Of a stretch of 64,000 nt of DNA, positions 50,206-64,000 are shown in pieces (the first letter of the stretch is position 1; every line of letters starts with the position of its first letter). The DNA comes from Geosiphon pyriformis uo1. Its lineage: Eukaryota > Fungi > Glomeromycota. The stretch lies in contig JAAOMT010000200.1 of assembly GCA_016748015.1 (NCBI GenBank), positions 370,984 to 434,983 on the forward strand, in the 5' to 3' direction. The notes under the pieces were generated by a model, which was given only the letters and a program-made list of their open reading frames with translations, was not told the origin of the DNA and searched no databases. The position numbers and the translations under genes are program-made.

Positions 50206-50324
50206 TAAGAGATTTGAAATAAAAGAAAATTATTTTTGGTGTATGGGTTTTTATGTTATTTTTGTTTTGTTTTTGTAAGATTGTTTCTAAATTATAAGGA
50301 GATAACTATAATGATAAATTTAAA

Positions 50325-51710
50325 TTAAGTGTTCAAGTTGGAAGGTTGTTTAATAACAACTATTGGTTTTAAATTTCGGAGAATATTTTTGGGATTGATT
50401 AAAGGAGAATGTGTACCAATTTGTGGAATTAATAGTTCAGGATTGTTTCTGGAATTATAGTATTTCAAACAATCTCCATGTGCAACTTTTGCTAGGATTT
50501 TGTTATTAAGTCTTAGCTTGTATGATCCATTGCCTAGGACTTTATGGATAAAAAATGGTCCATCCCATTTATTTTCAAATTTTCCACTCCATTGTTTTTC
50601 AGCTTTAGTTCTGTATAAGAGAACTTTGTTTCCGATTTTAAATTCATTGATAACTGGAAGCAATTTGTCATCATGCTGTTCTTTTTGTTGAGCTTGGGAG
50701 TGTTTAATATTGGTGGCTGCTATTTGTCGTTTACCTTCCAATGTGCTAAGCAAAGTATAGGCTCTTTGTTGTAGTGTTTCCTGAAAGTTGTCTTTATTAA
50801 TTGGTTGTACTAAATATGTTTCCATTGTGAAACTAATTGGTAATATTGCTGTTCTTCTGTAGGTTAAATCAAATGGTATGTGTTTTGTGGTATCTTGTTT
50901 TAGTGTTCTATATGTTAGTAACACTAATGAAATAAAGAGATCCCATTCTTGCTCAAAATTGGTTGAGACTTTGGCTAATGATTTACACAATGTTCTATTG
51001 AAATGTTCTACAAGTCTATTTGTTTGTGTATGATAGGGCAAAGATAATAGTTTCTTGACATTAAATCATCCACAAATTTCCTGGATTAAATTGTTTATGA
51101 AATGTGTTCCTTGATCAAATAAAAGTTCTATTGGACATCTATGTCTACAAATGATGTCTTCATAGATGAAGTTTGCTACTGATTTTGCATCTGCTTATTG
51201 AATGGCTCTGGCTTTAGGCCATTTGGTGAGATAGTCTACAGCTACTGCAATATAATGGTTTTTTTGGTTTGTGATAGGTAGTGATCTAACCAAATTGATA
51301 CCAACTCAGTCAAAAGGCTGTCCAACTTTAATTGGGTTTAAAGGTTCTGTAGGGCGAGTTCTTCCTCTTTTTTAACAACTATTACAAAACTTAATGTATT
51401 CATGAATGTCTTTTCTTATTCGAGGCCAAAAGTAATATTCTAGTGTTTTTTGAGTGGTGCTGTCTTTACCTAGGTGTGCTGATGAAAGGTCTAAGTGCAT
51501 ATTATATAAAATGGTTTCTTTTTCATGTTCTTGTATTAATCTGAGTGGATTGTCTAGGTTTCTGAAGTTTCGATAATAGATCATGTTGTTGTATAAGAGG
51601 TATTATCTGGCTTGTTGTTGTAACCAATTTTTTTCATTTGGGGACCAATCTGTTGGGATTGTTAATGTCTCTAAATATTGTTTAAGATTGTTGTAGTTTT
51701 CGGGATTTAT
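50325..51710 (-). pseudogene. Family C integrase
   Basis: AHLG..YFWP..CNSC; VAVDYLTKWP; VEHFNRTL; KWDGPFFIHKVLGNGSYKL. Confidence 0.92.
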
Positions 51711-51756
51711 TGTTTGTTGTTTTGTTGTTAATTCAAATGAGTGTTGGTTTTGTATT

Positions 51757-53160
51757 CTAATCTTGCCTCATTCTTGAGAGACAATCAACGTTGGTGTGGA
51801 GTTTTCCTGGTTTGTGGTGTACAATGTATTGGTAGTTGGCTAAAAATTCTGTCCATTGGGTTTGTTTTGCGTTTAGCTGAGTGTTTTTGTTCTGAAGCCA
51901 TTTGAGTCCAATATTATCAGTAATAATATCAAATTTTTTGGGTCTGAGGTAAAGGTTGAAGTGATGTAGGGCCCAAATTACTGCTGCAGTTTCTAATTCT
52001 GTTGCAGGGTAGTTTTTTTCAGCTGGTTTCAATGTTCTGCTAGCATAAGCAATTACTCACTCATTTCTATTGTCATCTAACTGTAATAAGATGGCACCAA
52101 AGGCAGTATAAAAGGCATCTGTTGTTAACCAGAATTGGTTGCAGAAATCTGGGTAGGTGAGAATTGAAGCTGTCATTAGTTTTTCTTTGAGGATTTCAAA
52201 TGCATTTTGGTGTTCAGCAGTCCATTTGTATTTGACATTTTTGGTGGTAAGCTGGTTAAGAGATTTTGCGATTTCTGAAAATTTTTTGATAAACTTCTGA
52301 TAATAGAAGGTTAACCCTATGAATTCTCTTAGTTTTGTAGTGTTTTGAAGAGTTTTGAAGTTTTTGACAGCACTGATTTTTCCAGGGTCTGGTTTGATTC
52401 TATCTTTACTAACAATATGACCAAGAAAGGCCAAACTTGTTTTTCCAAAATAGCATTTTTCGATGTTCAGTTTCAATCTTGCTTTCTGTAATCATTGAAA
52501 AACTTCATGCAGGTGTTTAAGTATAATTCAAAAGATGGTGAATAAACATCAGTATCATCGAGATAAACAACTACTGATTTCCAAAAGAGGCCTTTGTAAA
52601 CAATGTCCATAAGTCTTTGGAATATTACTGGTGTATTGCATAATCTGAAAGACATTATGTTGAACTCATAATTTTCTTCTTGAGTGGTAAATGCTGTTTT
52701 GGGGCAATTTTTAAGATCCATGGCAACTTGCCAGTATTCACTCTCTAAATCTAATGTCAAAAAGTATTTGGACTTCTCAAGAACATCTAGCATGTCATTA
52801 ATTTGGAGAAAAAGGTAGACATCTTCAATAGTGACACTGTTGAGTTGTTGATAATCAACACAAAATTGTATCTTTCCATTCTTCTTTTTAACTAAAACCA
52901 CAAATGAGGCCCATAGACTTATTAATGGTTGAATAAGCCCATTGTTGAGCATCTGTTGTATTTCTTCACAGATAAATTGGTGACTTTCTGGAGCAACTTA
53001 GTAGGCTTGCTGTCACCTTGGTTTGGCATCTCCTGTATAGATTTGGTGTTGAACCAAATTGGTTCTTCTTAAGTTATTATTGTTTTTAGCAAAGATATTG
53101 ACAAATTCTGCAATTAGTTCTTTGAGCTGGCTCTGTTGTTGTGGTTTAAGTTGTTCAATG
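51757..53160 (-). pseudogene. Family C RT + RNase H
   Basis: FCVDYQQLN, KTAFTT, VVYLDD, TTDA, NYPATELE, ITDN; ends CLSRMRQD-stop. Confidence 0.93.
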
Positions 53161-53599
53161 TTAATTTGAGATAGTTTTTCTATGAAAACATGGTAGTTTT
53201 TAGAGCTGGAGTTTGGGTTGATTTTTGGTAGTGAATGTCCAATAATTTCAGAGAAATTGGGGACTGTTTGGGGTAATTCTTATTGAAAAATATTACTGTA
53301 AATAACTCCAATTTCTAAGTTATTTAATAAAACTATGGGGTAATTATTGGGGTTGTAAAAAGTAACTCAGACTTTCTTTGTTCCTTCTGGAATGTAAATA
53401 TTTGGGATTGAGATATTATGTTTCAAGCAGATTCATTCATTGGACTCAAAAATTTGTTGGGTGATTGTTGGCTTTGGGCAGGTATAGATTTTGGGGTGTT
53501 TTCCAAAAAGTGAAATAGTGATTGGTTGGGGAAGGCATAAAATCTGGTGAGACTTATTCTGTTCATTGAGAACTATGTTTATTGAAACTGTAAATTGTC

Positions 53600-54020
53600 C
53601 AGTTGAACCAAAATCTTGTGTTCCTCTTTCGCTTTTTCTCAATTGTTCTCTTTGGTTGACTAACTGTAAGCCCAAAATGTTGATTAAGAGTAAATAGATA
53701 GCTTGAGCAATTTTTTCGGCATGTTCAATTTTGAAAGGTTTATTAGTTTCATTTTAAAGTATTACTGTTATGTCACCAGTATATCCAGCATCGATTATTT
53801 TTTCTCTGACATTAATTTCTTTGCTTGCCAGAGAGGACTGGGAGGCAATTTGAACTATTGCTCCTGGCAGGATTTCGAGGGCAATTTTGAGATTGATTTT
53901 TGTGAGAGATTTGGGTTTGAGAACAAAAGTATCTTTGTCTGGATATCTTAGGTCATATTCAGTATCAATTTCATGTGCTTTTTCAGATTTTATCCCTTGT
54001 CTATTGTTGTTAAAGTATTT
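53600..54020 (-). pseudogene. Family C dUTPase
   Basis: TEYDL, SQSS, IIDAGYTG, KIAQ, RGTQDFGSTG. Confidence 0.9.
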
Positions 54021-54129
54021 GAGTTGTAAGGCAGGCTGATTTTTGATGAGATAGATGGGTGTTGCTTCAATTTCTTCTGTTGCTTCAAGTTCTCCAAATT
54101 CAATTTTTTTTTCATTGTTTTTACTGGGC

Positions 54130-57100
54130 AAAGAAATGCTAAGAGCATAGCATTCAAAGCACTATTGCTTATTGCAAGACATTATGCATTCTTTACACAA
54201 TTTAATGTTCATTTGCTCTAACCATTGGGCTTGAGCTTCTTTGGTCAGATAAGTGTGACTGGCAATTTGGTGATATATTTCTACTTTATCTTTGTAGTTG
54301 TATCCAGCAATTTCAAAAGTGTATGCAATGTATTCTGATTCTTTTATTTGACAAACATTTTCTTGAATGGCTCTATTGATTAAAGCCATTGCTAGATCAA
54401 AAATCATTTCGGCATTGTGAGGATAATAGTACAGTTTGTTGAGGGCACTGTTGTAAGCAGCATCAAAAGGGGTTCTTCTTGTTATTTTTTCTGAGATTAA
54501 AAGGGCATATTGGCATGTTTGATTACAGACTCTTCCTCTGAATACAACATCAATCCAGTCACATTTATCAGGTAATTGTTCTTTACAAGTTAAACAAGGT
54601 GTTCTGTCTCATTTTCCACTTCTTTTGACTAGGTGTCCCCATCGTTCTCAGTGACAGGATTTGCAATAGTAACAGGTATGGTTTCCATATTCTTCCTCGG
54701 GTGAAATACAAGCTCCCATTGATGAGAGTTTCTTGTGACAATCTTTGCATTTGAGTGGAATATAAAGAGGTTGTTTTCGTGGTTCTGGTTTTGAATAGGG
54801 AACATTCCATCTAGGTGTCACTGGTTCTTTTGTTTCAAGAGAATTGTTTGTTGAAAAATACTGTTGTTCAGTTTTATCAGCCTAATTGGAAGTTGATCCA
54901 AGTGCTATAAATGTTTCAATGATGGGTTTTTTTTCTTTCAGTTCGAATTTAAAAGCCGAGGCTTTTTCGGAATGTTTGTTAAATGTACTACAAGTGGCAG
55001 GTACCCAGGCATGTTGTCCTTGGTATGAGATTGTCAACTCTTGTGTCTTCCAATTCAGATTAGCATTGGCTTTTTGGAGCCAATCATTTCTGACAAGAGC
55101 TTGGTATTGGAAAACATCCATGATTAGAACTTTGACTGGAATGGTAATTCTGTCAATTGTAAATGGGAAGTTGTCAATTTTTCCTATTGGAGTCTTTTTC
55201 ATGCCATCAGCAGTGACAATGATTGTCTGAGCTGATCAGTCAATGTTCCTTTTTAGCTGCTGCATTAATTGATATGTGATGATGGTTCCAGTGGATCTAC
55301 TGTTTAAGATCAAGCAAATTGGCTTTTTTTCTGCTTCAGCTTCTGTGTACATTGCAGTGATGGCTTTTTGCTTGTTAGCCACTGCATTGCTAAGCAAGAA
55401 TGGTGATTCATTTGCTTCAAATTCGAAAGGGAATATATCTGAAAGGTTGGCGTTTTCAGCAATTCTGGCTGGTGGAATTGTGGTAAGAGTATAGGAAAAG
55501 TTTTGTTGTTGTGCTGCAGCTCTACCTTCTGAGAGTGCAGTATGGTGAAAATCCTGTTCTTCTGGCATTGTAAGATAACTAGATTGAGTATGATAGTGGT
55601 TGGGTCTTGGTTGAGCTAAATTTTAGAGAACCAATTGGTTGTTCGAATTGATTCTATTGTTGTTTACTTGGTATTGGTTTTGTGATATAAACTGATTTTG
55701 TGAAATCAATTTTCGAGCAAGCACTTGATAATATTGTGTGGTAGTTGTTGGTATTGCTGTTGGGTTGGCTGTGGGGTGGGCTGATAATAGTTACTTTGGT
55801 ATTGGGGTCTTGGTGGATAGTAAGCTGGTGGTGGTGGTTGATAATAAGATTGCTATGGTGAAGGGTAACATTGATTACTCCTATTTTGTTGGTCTTGTTG
55901 TAGCTTTCTGCAATCTTTTTTCCAGTGGCCAAGAATTCCACAGTAATGGCAATTTTGAAACTGGTTATTAGAAAATGATGCAAAGTTGTTTTGATTTTGT
56001 CTTTAAGGTGGTTGATATCTTTGGGATTGCTGTTGTTGTTGGTTGGTAAAATAGTTTTCAACTTTCTTGGTTAATTGGTCAATCTTTTCTTCAGCTGCTG
56101 AGCTAGTTTTTCCAATAGCCAGGTTAATAAGTTTGGTACAGTTGGCTTTTTCTATGGTCATTTCATAGTTTTTTGTCTGTTGAATAGCAGTGGCTAAATC
56201 TTCTGATGCATGTGAGCAAACTTTCTTAATAAGTTTGTCTTTTAGTCCAGCAATGAATTGATTCAAGATTTGTGCATTGGAGTAGTATTCATTGGTTTCC
56301 AATTGTCAAATTCTTCTAAGCAGTTTGTTGAATTTTCCAAAATAGGTCATAACTGATTCACTTGGTTCTTGCTTGATATTTTGGAACCAATTTCAAAGGG
56401 TGATGAAAGTGTTATTGTCAGTGAACTGTTCTAGAAAAGCAGTTTTGAATGCTTCCCAGTGTTCTGGTGGGGCTTTCAAGTTTTTAAACCATTTACCAGC
56501 CATTTTTTGTAAGAAGTATGGAATTGCTTTTAACATTCTGGCAGCATTCCAGCCATTTGCATCTTCTGCTTTTAAGACTTTGTCAAACCATTCTTGAGGA
56601 CTGGTTTCACTGTCTTTTCTTGTGAACTCAGGGATTTTTGCGATATATGTGGAGGCCATTTCTTCTTCGTTTTCTGAGTTTTCTGTTTCTTGTTCTGATT
56701 TGGTCTCTTTACTTCAATTTTTTGCTAAGTAGTCAATAAGATTTGTGCTGGTTAATATTGGTTTCTGTTGTTAAATAAGGCTTTTGAGTGACTGAAAATC
56801 TTCTATTCTTGAAAACTGAATAAGTGGTAAGCTTGGTGTTTGTGGTTGAGCAAGTAAAGTTGGAAATGGTGTAATTGAGAGTGGTAATTTAAAGCTGGTT
56901 CCTTGTTCTAGAGTTTGTAAATATTTGGCAGTGGTTTTAAGTGTATTGGGAGTAGTTCTGAATTTTTGTTTCCTTTTTTCTTTTTTTTCTTCTGTTTCCG
57001 ATTCAAAACCAAGAGAAAATTTCTGTTCTACTGGGTAATTCTCTTCACAATACTGAATAATATTGAAGTTGAGTTCTTTGAAATATGTTTCAAGTGTTTG

Positions 57101-57336
57101 ACTGTTAAATCCTGAGTGTTTAGATAAGAGTGATGTACTAAGCTTTTATATAAGTTGTGTCTAACTTCTGAAATGTTGTAGTCTCCAAAAAGATAATTGT
57201 TGATGTAATTTTCAATGTACTGGTAAAGTGTTTTCTTGAATGTTTCAATTCCGTTTGGGATGTTAAATCTCTGCTTGCAGTGGGTGTAGATTGACTGATA
57301 ATACTCTAGAGTTGTTGCATCTAATGTGGTTGTCAC
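54130..57336 (-). pseudogene. Family C gag, protease and Cys-rich domain
   Basis: GTG 57336; MASTYIAKIPEF at 56659; CHYCGILGHWKKDC; LILNSRSTG (decayed DSGS); CKDC, YYCKSC, CLTC, CKECIMSC. Confidence 0.88.
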
Positions 57337-57695
57337 TTTAAAGTTGTTTTTATTGTGTTGTTTCTATGGGAGAGCACCAAATATTACTGGAGGTTTTTGG
57401 TCTCTTCTTAGCTCTTGTATGTTTGTTGTAATGCTGTTAATTCACAATTATGGGAAGTGTTTGAACCTTTAATAACTGAATTTATCTTTAAATTATCTCT
57501 TATAATTTGAACTGCTGGGCTTATAAGTAAAATGGCCAATTTTGTGTCAGTTGCTTTGTGTAGTTACGTTGTAGTAAATGTCAACTCTTTCCCAGGAATT
57601 GCTCATCTGGAAGCTCACTAAAATGTGTAGTTACTTTGCTGTAAAAGTCAACTCTTCTACAGGAATCTTGTCTGTAGGCTACCCTAATAATTATA

Positions 57696-57729
<34 letters not shown>

Positions 57730-60700
57730 TAAAAGAAATGTTTTCTATCCAGGCCTGGAGTCACTAACAGTTTACTGAAATTGGTAGCTAATCAATTTCA
57801 AAATGTTAGTTGGGTTTTGAGGATTTTCTAAGTGCAATAATTAAAGAATTTGGTTTTTTGAATTATTTGATATTTATTTCTTTTTTGTGTGTATAGGAAC
57901 AGTTCTAAGAGGTAAATCTAAAGTAAGATATATTTTCTCGAAAAGAGAAGCTTTTTTTTATACAACTTGTCGTAACACTATTCTATGAACTTGAACTTTG
58001 TTTTTTTTTACAATTTTGCTAAACTAAAGATACATTTCAGTGAACTACAAGTTATTTCTGTGAACTATTAGATATTTCGGTAAACTATCAATTATTTTGG
58101 CAAATTTCTACAAATTTTGGCAAACTTTTGAATGTTACATATTTCAGGGTATTGCATGATTGATTATTGTACTTAGGTTACATTTGTGTTATGTACAAAT
58201 TGGGTTATTAATTAAATAATAATTTCGGACATTTTGCTAATGTAATAAGTGATAATTTGAAATGATAATATGCTAATTAATAATAAGATTTATAAGGGTA
58301 ATTTCATGCTAAACAATATCTCTAATTTTGTCTGGTAACATCTTCTAATAAGCTATTCTTAAATTTTACTCTTATTTCCAGATCTTTTATTAAGCTATTT
58401 TTGATATTAAATACTCAGTATTTAATCCTTTTAATTAATTAATAAACAACAAAAAAATAAAATAAAAAAAAAATAAAAAAAAATAAGAAATTAATATTCT
58501 ATTAATAGTTATAATTAAAAGCTATTGATCTAGTATAGTTAAATATTGAATTTTATTAACATAAAGTATTGATAAAATAAAATAAATTAATATTTCTTCA
58601 ATTAAATAATAATAACATGAATTTGATGATAATGAATGATTTTATTAATATTGAAATAATTTTATTTTAAGTTATAAAAAACTATTTTTTAAAGAAAAAA
58701 TTTTGGTTTAAATTAATTTGAACTCTATTGAATTCTTCTAAATACTTTTTTTGCTTTTAATATTTTTACTATATATATATAATTTATGTTATACAAAATT
58801 CTTGGAAATTCTGCAATTCTTTAAAAAAATCTTAGAATTCTCCATTTTATTATGCCTATTTTTGATTGGCTATTTTACTTATTATTATAATTCTTAATTT
58901 TTATAAGTAATATTATTTTTTTCTTTAATATTAAGCTCTATTGAGATTTTTTACATCTTTTAAATCTATATTAGTATGCATATAAGGTTCTAATCTAATA
59001 GCAGTTTTTTTGGATATTTGAAATTAAACTCTGTATTGGTATTATACATGTATTTTGACATAATATTTTTATTTTTATTACTAAACTATTTTAATTCCTG
59101 TTTCTGTAAAAAATCTGGAAATATAATATATTGTTTAAAGTTTTTATTAAAGTTTGAATTATTGTTATTGTTATTGCTATTGTGAACAGAATTGGAATCA
59201 TTGTTGTTATTATTATTAGAGTTTGAATTGGGATTAAATTTTGATTCCAATTATAAAGTACAACTGCTAATTGGTTCTTTTTCTTTGAGAATTAAATAAA
59301 TTATATGTGGTAATAGATTGTAAATGAAGTTATAATTATTACAATATTTAAAGTCATTAAAGATTAGACAATATTTATAGAGTTTAATGTTTAATTATAC
59401 TAAACACTACTCTTGTTCTTCTTAAATAAGTATTAGATCTTGGTAATAGAGTGGTTTTTTTCTTGGTCTCAACAAGTATAAAATGTGCCAACTATTATTT
59501 GTTTTTTTTGTGAAAATGGTAATTTTTAGTTTGTCCTTTTTTTTTTTTTTCTCTGGTTATTTCAAAAGAGTATTGATAATAGTTCATTGTAATTGTTTTT
59601 AACTTATAAGACTTAATAGACTTTCCAAATAGGTTTTTTTTTCCAAACTCAATTAGTAATAATTAGATAATAATGTTTGTTTTGAAGTAGTCACAAATAA
59701 CAGATATCTTAGTTTGTTAATTATCTTAACTAAATTGTAACTTCTAAGTATTTTAGTTGAGCATAGCATTGGTTTTGAACAACCAGTTATTACTAATAAA
59801 AACTTAATACTATATGGCTTCTATAACAAAAATTTTAATAAGTATAATAATACTATTGACTTTAAAAGAAAAGTTATCAATTTTGCTAATAGAAGTCTTG
59901 GTTGTTCTATCAGCTATAATAGATTTGGTATTAAGAGTAGCTCTATTGAAAAGAGGCATTATTGAAGATCATTTTAATTCAAAAGAAAAAATAGTTGCAA
60001 GTGACTTGTCTTTAGTAATTATTGCTGGTGAAATATTGTTAATAAGTAGTATTAAATTGGTTTCCAAGTTGTTAAATAAGTTGTTTTCTGGAGTAACTAA
60101 GAGACTTAAATAGTTCTGAAAATTCAGGTTTTGGGTGTATTCACTTTTTGAATTCTACTGACATAATTCTGATAACTGGTTTAATAAATTGGAGATTGGT
60201 TAATATATTATTATTGCCAATCTTCAATTCTGTTGAGTGTATATAATTCTTGGTTTTTAATTTCTAGTTGTTATTTGAATTAAATTTTGTGGCAGTATTT
60301 AAATTGGTTGGAGTTGATAAATTATTTGTGGCTCTAGTTAATAGATTACTGGCATTGAAGTTTAATAAACTGAAGGTATATATATTGGTTGTTATATTAT
60401 TAATACATAATAAGATTAGTATAATTCTAATAATAAATGGTTGGCATAGTTCTAGATTTGAAATCTGTAATTAAGATTTTAATATTGATTTTCTAATTGT
60501 TGGTTATTAAATCTAAAGCAGCAATCTGCTTTTAGATAATCTTGTTTATCACAATGGTAATAATTATATATTTTTTATTGTCATAATTGATTTGCTAATA
60601 ATAAATACAATTAATTTTGGAAATAATTAAAGTTTTCTTAATTGTTGTAACATTGTGGAGGCTAATAATTTGTTTGATTACTAGCTAAGTATCTCTCTAA

Positions 60701-62039
60701 TTTTTGGTTAATGTTGATGTTAGTTTTCTGTTGGATTAAATTTTACAAAAAGCACCAAATGTTACAGATAATTATTTGAAGTATTAAAACAAATAACAAA
60801 TTCATAACTTGGTGTTTAATAGCTGATAATATTAGTAATTTCTAAAGATTTTAGAGTCTGAAAGTTTTGGTTAAGTTCTTTGTATAATGGATAAAAATTT
60901 AATTGATAATTTCTTCTGTAAATTTTTTTTAGTATAATGGTTAGTTTATTTTGATAGTTGTATCCTTTTAATAAGCTATCTTTAAATTTTTACTCTTATT
61001 CTTGGGTTTTTTACCAGACTATTTTTAATATCAAATACTTAGTACTTAATTTTTTTAATCAATTAATAAACAACAAAAAAACGAAACAAAAAAAAAATAA
61101 AAAAAATAAGAAATTAGTATTCTATTAATAGCTATAATCAAGAGCTATTGGTTCAGTGTGATTAAATATTAAGTTTTATTAACATTAAGTGTTAATAGAA
61201 TAAAATAGATTAATATTTTTTTAATTAAGTAACAATAACATGGATTTAATGATAATAAATAATTTTATTAATATGAGAATAATTCCACTTCAAGTTATAG
61301 AAAACTATTTTTTAAAGAAAAAGATATTGTTCTAAATTAATTTAAACTCTATTGAATTTTTTTGGAATTACTTTTTTTGCTTTTAATACTTTTATTATAT
61401 ATATATAATTTATGTTATACAAGATTTTTAGAAATTTTGTAATTTTTCAAGAGAATCCTAGAATTTTCCATTTTACTATGCCTATTTCTGATTGGTTATT
61501 TTACTTATTATTATAATTCCTAATTTCTATAAGAAATAGCACTTAATTTTTTAATTAATTAATAAACAACAAAAAAAACAAATAAAAAATTAGTATTTTA
61601 TTAATAGCTGTGATTAAAAGCTATTGGTTCAGTATAATTAAATATTGAATTTTATTAACAAAAATTATTAATAATACAGAAGTAATTAATATTTTTTAAT
61701 CAAATAGTGACAATATAAATTAAATAGTAATGGATATTTTTATTTATATAGATATAATTTCACTTTAAGTTATAGAAAACTATCTTTTAAAGAGAGAAAT
61801 ATTAGATAATTACTTATTGTTAGCTACTGTTTTGAATGTTTTTTTCTGCTTTTAATACTCTTATTATATATACATAATTTGTGTTATATAAGATTTTTTG
61901 AAATTTTTTAATCTTTTTAAAAAGAATTTTGGAATTTTGCAATTTTTTAAAAAGAATTCTGGAATTTTTTTTTTATTATACTTCTTTTTTATTGGCTATT
62001 TTTTTATCTATTATGATTTCTATTTCTATGAATAATAAT

Positions 62040-62985
62040 AGTTTTAGAAAAAAGACATAAGTTTTTATATTGGACTTAAATAGTAATTATTAGTAGTAGT
62101 CATGAATTTAAAAAATAAAAAAAACAGCATTTACTATCAAAAAAATGAACTTTGAATTTGATATTATGTCTTTTGGTTTAACTAATATTTCAGCCATCTT
62201 CTAATAATTAATAAAAATTGTTTGCATTAGATTACTATTAAAATTAATAATAGTTTACTTAAATAATACCAATGTGTTTTTTAAAATATTTGATAATTAT
62301 CTCTACTATCTTTAATAAGTATTTAAAAGATTAAGATAAGCAAAATTAAAATTAAATGCTTCAAAATGTTTTTTTAAAAAAACAGAACTCAAGTTTTTTT
62401 GACATGTTATTAACAAAAATAGTATTAAAACAAATCCAAATAAGATTAAAATAGTTAAGAATTTTCCAATACCAATTAATCTTATTGAACTCTAATTATT
62501 TTTGAGATTTGCTAAATACTATTAATGTTTTATTTACAATTTTTCTAAGTTGGTTCAATTACTTTACTAGCTCTTAGCCAAGAACACTAAATATAAATAA
62601 ACAAAAAAACAACAAAAAACTTTTGATACATTAAAAAAAAAACTTATTCAAACTTTAGTATTAATTTATTTAAATTACAACAAGCTATTTATTATTATTA
62701 CTAATATATCTAACCAAACATTAAAAGCTATGCTATTACAAAAAAAATCAAATAAATAGAAATATCTAATAGTATATATTAGCCAAAATTTAAATCCAGC
62801 TAAAAAAAACTATAGAATTCTAGTATTAAAACATTTAGCTATTTATTAGACTATTATTAAATAGAAAAAATATTTAAGTTAGAAATTTAATATTTACATA
62901 AATCACAAAGGGTTAACAATAATTCAAAAGCAAAAATTTGCAAATAATTAATGTATCAAATAAAAAATAGAACTATTACTATTTT
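62040..62985 (+). pseudogene. Very decayed family B RT-RNase H fragment
   Basis: Collinear with ~38920-39850. Confidence 0.75.
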
Positions 62986-64000
62986 AATCATTCTGTTTGT
63001 AGATAGTTTGTAATGTTATGTTAACATATTTACACAGTTGTGGAAAGTCTGAAATGGCGTTTGGTGGTTGGTTTTTAATTTTGGTGGTTAAATATTCAAT
63101 GGTGGTTCTTTCTGATATCTCAATAATATCTCTTGTATTATTGTAGATAAAAATTTTGATGTGACTGTAATTCTTGGCTGGTATGTATAGATTGATTAAT
63201 CCAATTTTTCTTGATTCATAAAGTGTTGCTTCTGCTTCAAAAATCTGAATCTGATCTTTTACTTTTCTCTCTATGACTAATATGTACTAGTTATATAGTG
63301 GAATGGAAATTGATTAATGGATGAAGATAATTTCTTTATTGTTAACAATTTTTTTTTTGCCATATTGACTAGTACATCTATTTTACCTGTGGATCCAAAT
63401 TCCTGTATCTCTCTTGCTGTTATCTTTAATTTTTCTTGGTTTCTCACTGATACTAATTGAGCTATTTTAACCAAAGATAGGAATATTGCCTGTGCTATCT
63501 TTTCATTTGGCTCTATGATATAGGCCTTTTCTGAGTCATTTTGTAGCATTGCAATAATATTTCCTACATATTCTGCATTAATTATTTCTTCTCTGATATT
63601 AATCTCTTTTTTTGCTAAACTACTTCTGGATGCTAACTGAACTATTGTTGTTACTAAAATTTCTAATGCTATTTTCAAATCAATGTATGTGTACAAATAT
63701 GGTTCTAATTTGATGGTTTCTTTTTCTGAATATCTCAGATCAAACCCTACATCAGTATTATGTACTTATTCTAATATAATACCTTCATTATTATTACTGA
63801 ACTATTTAAGTTTCTGCTTCTTAGAGAGATTAGAAAGCACAATATATTGTTCTAGATTTGAATTGAAGTTCAAATCATTTCCATTTCCATTTTGAACAGA
63901 GCTGGAACTGTTGTTATTATCATTATCATTATTGGAGTTTGAATCAGAATGGAATGTTGATTCTGATTCTGATGCACAGCTGCTAATTGGTTCTTCCTTC
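62986..64000 (-). pseudogene. Family B-type dUTPase and flanking pol fragment, continues beyond the window
   Basis: VGFDL, ASRSS, IINAEYVG, EKIAQ, EFGSTG; collinear with ~37490-38490. Confidence 0.85.

Larger units (their letters stand above)
48534..58340 (-). mobile_element. Full-length family C Ty3/Gypsy element (9.8 kb) with TSD TCTT
   Basis: LTRs 57382-58340 and 48534-49515; tctt at 48530-48533 and 58341-58344; PBS 57365-57379; PPT 49516-49530; all domains present. Confidence 0.96.
48323..61538 (-). mobile_element. Non-autonomous family B derivative (5' LTR 60760-61538; internal 58913-60759; 3' LTR 48323-48533 + 58345-58912)
   Basis: PBS agcacca at 60751-60757; remnants of gag knuckle, protease, Cys domain and dUTPase N-terminus; no RT, RNase H or integrase; PPT 58913-58926. 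Confidence 0.8.
48072..62036 (-). repeat. Family B LTR split into 48072-48322 and 61539-62036 by nested insertions
   Basis: The halves join into a continuous family B LTR; insertion flanks gtgc/gcac. Confidence 0.75.

Overview
This 64 kb window is an AT-rich eukaryotic transposon nest with no intact host gene. It is probably fungal; the element families resemble those of Glomeromycotina, which is an inference. Every element is decayed by dense C>T/G>A transitions. Contents: (i) three families (here A, B, C) of unusual Ty3/Gypsy LTR retrotransposons, as near-complete, complete, non-autonomous, solo-LTR and nested copies, with TGTTA..TAACA termini, 4-bp TSDs and TGGTGCTC PBSs; (ii) a ~22 kb cluster of RNase H-bearing LINEs plus an ORF1-only retroelement sharing their 3' UTR; (iii) a pogo/Tigger-like DNA transposon with captured gene fragments, including a TilS-like exon. 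The main novelty is the Gypsy layout shared by all three families: gag-protease-Cys-rich unknown domain-dUTPase-RT-RNase H, stop, then a separate integrase ORF with its own start, then a third conserved ORF. Each family's LTR also carries an anti-PBS inverted repeat. Junctions, TSDs and LTR ends were read by eye; internal domain boundaries are approximate (tens of bp).
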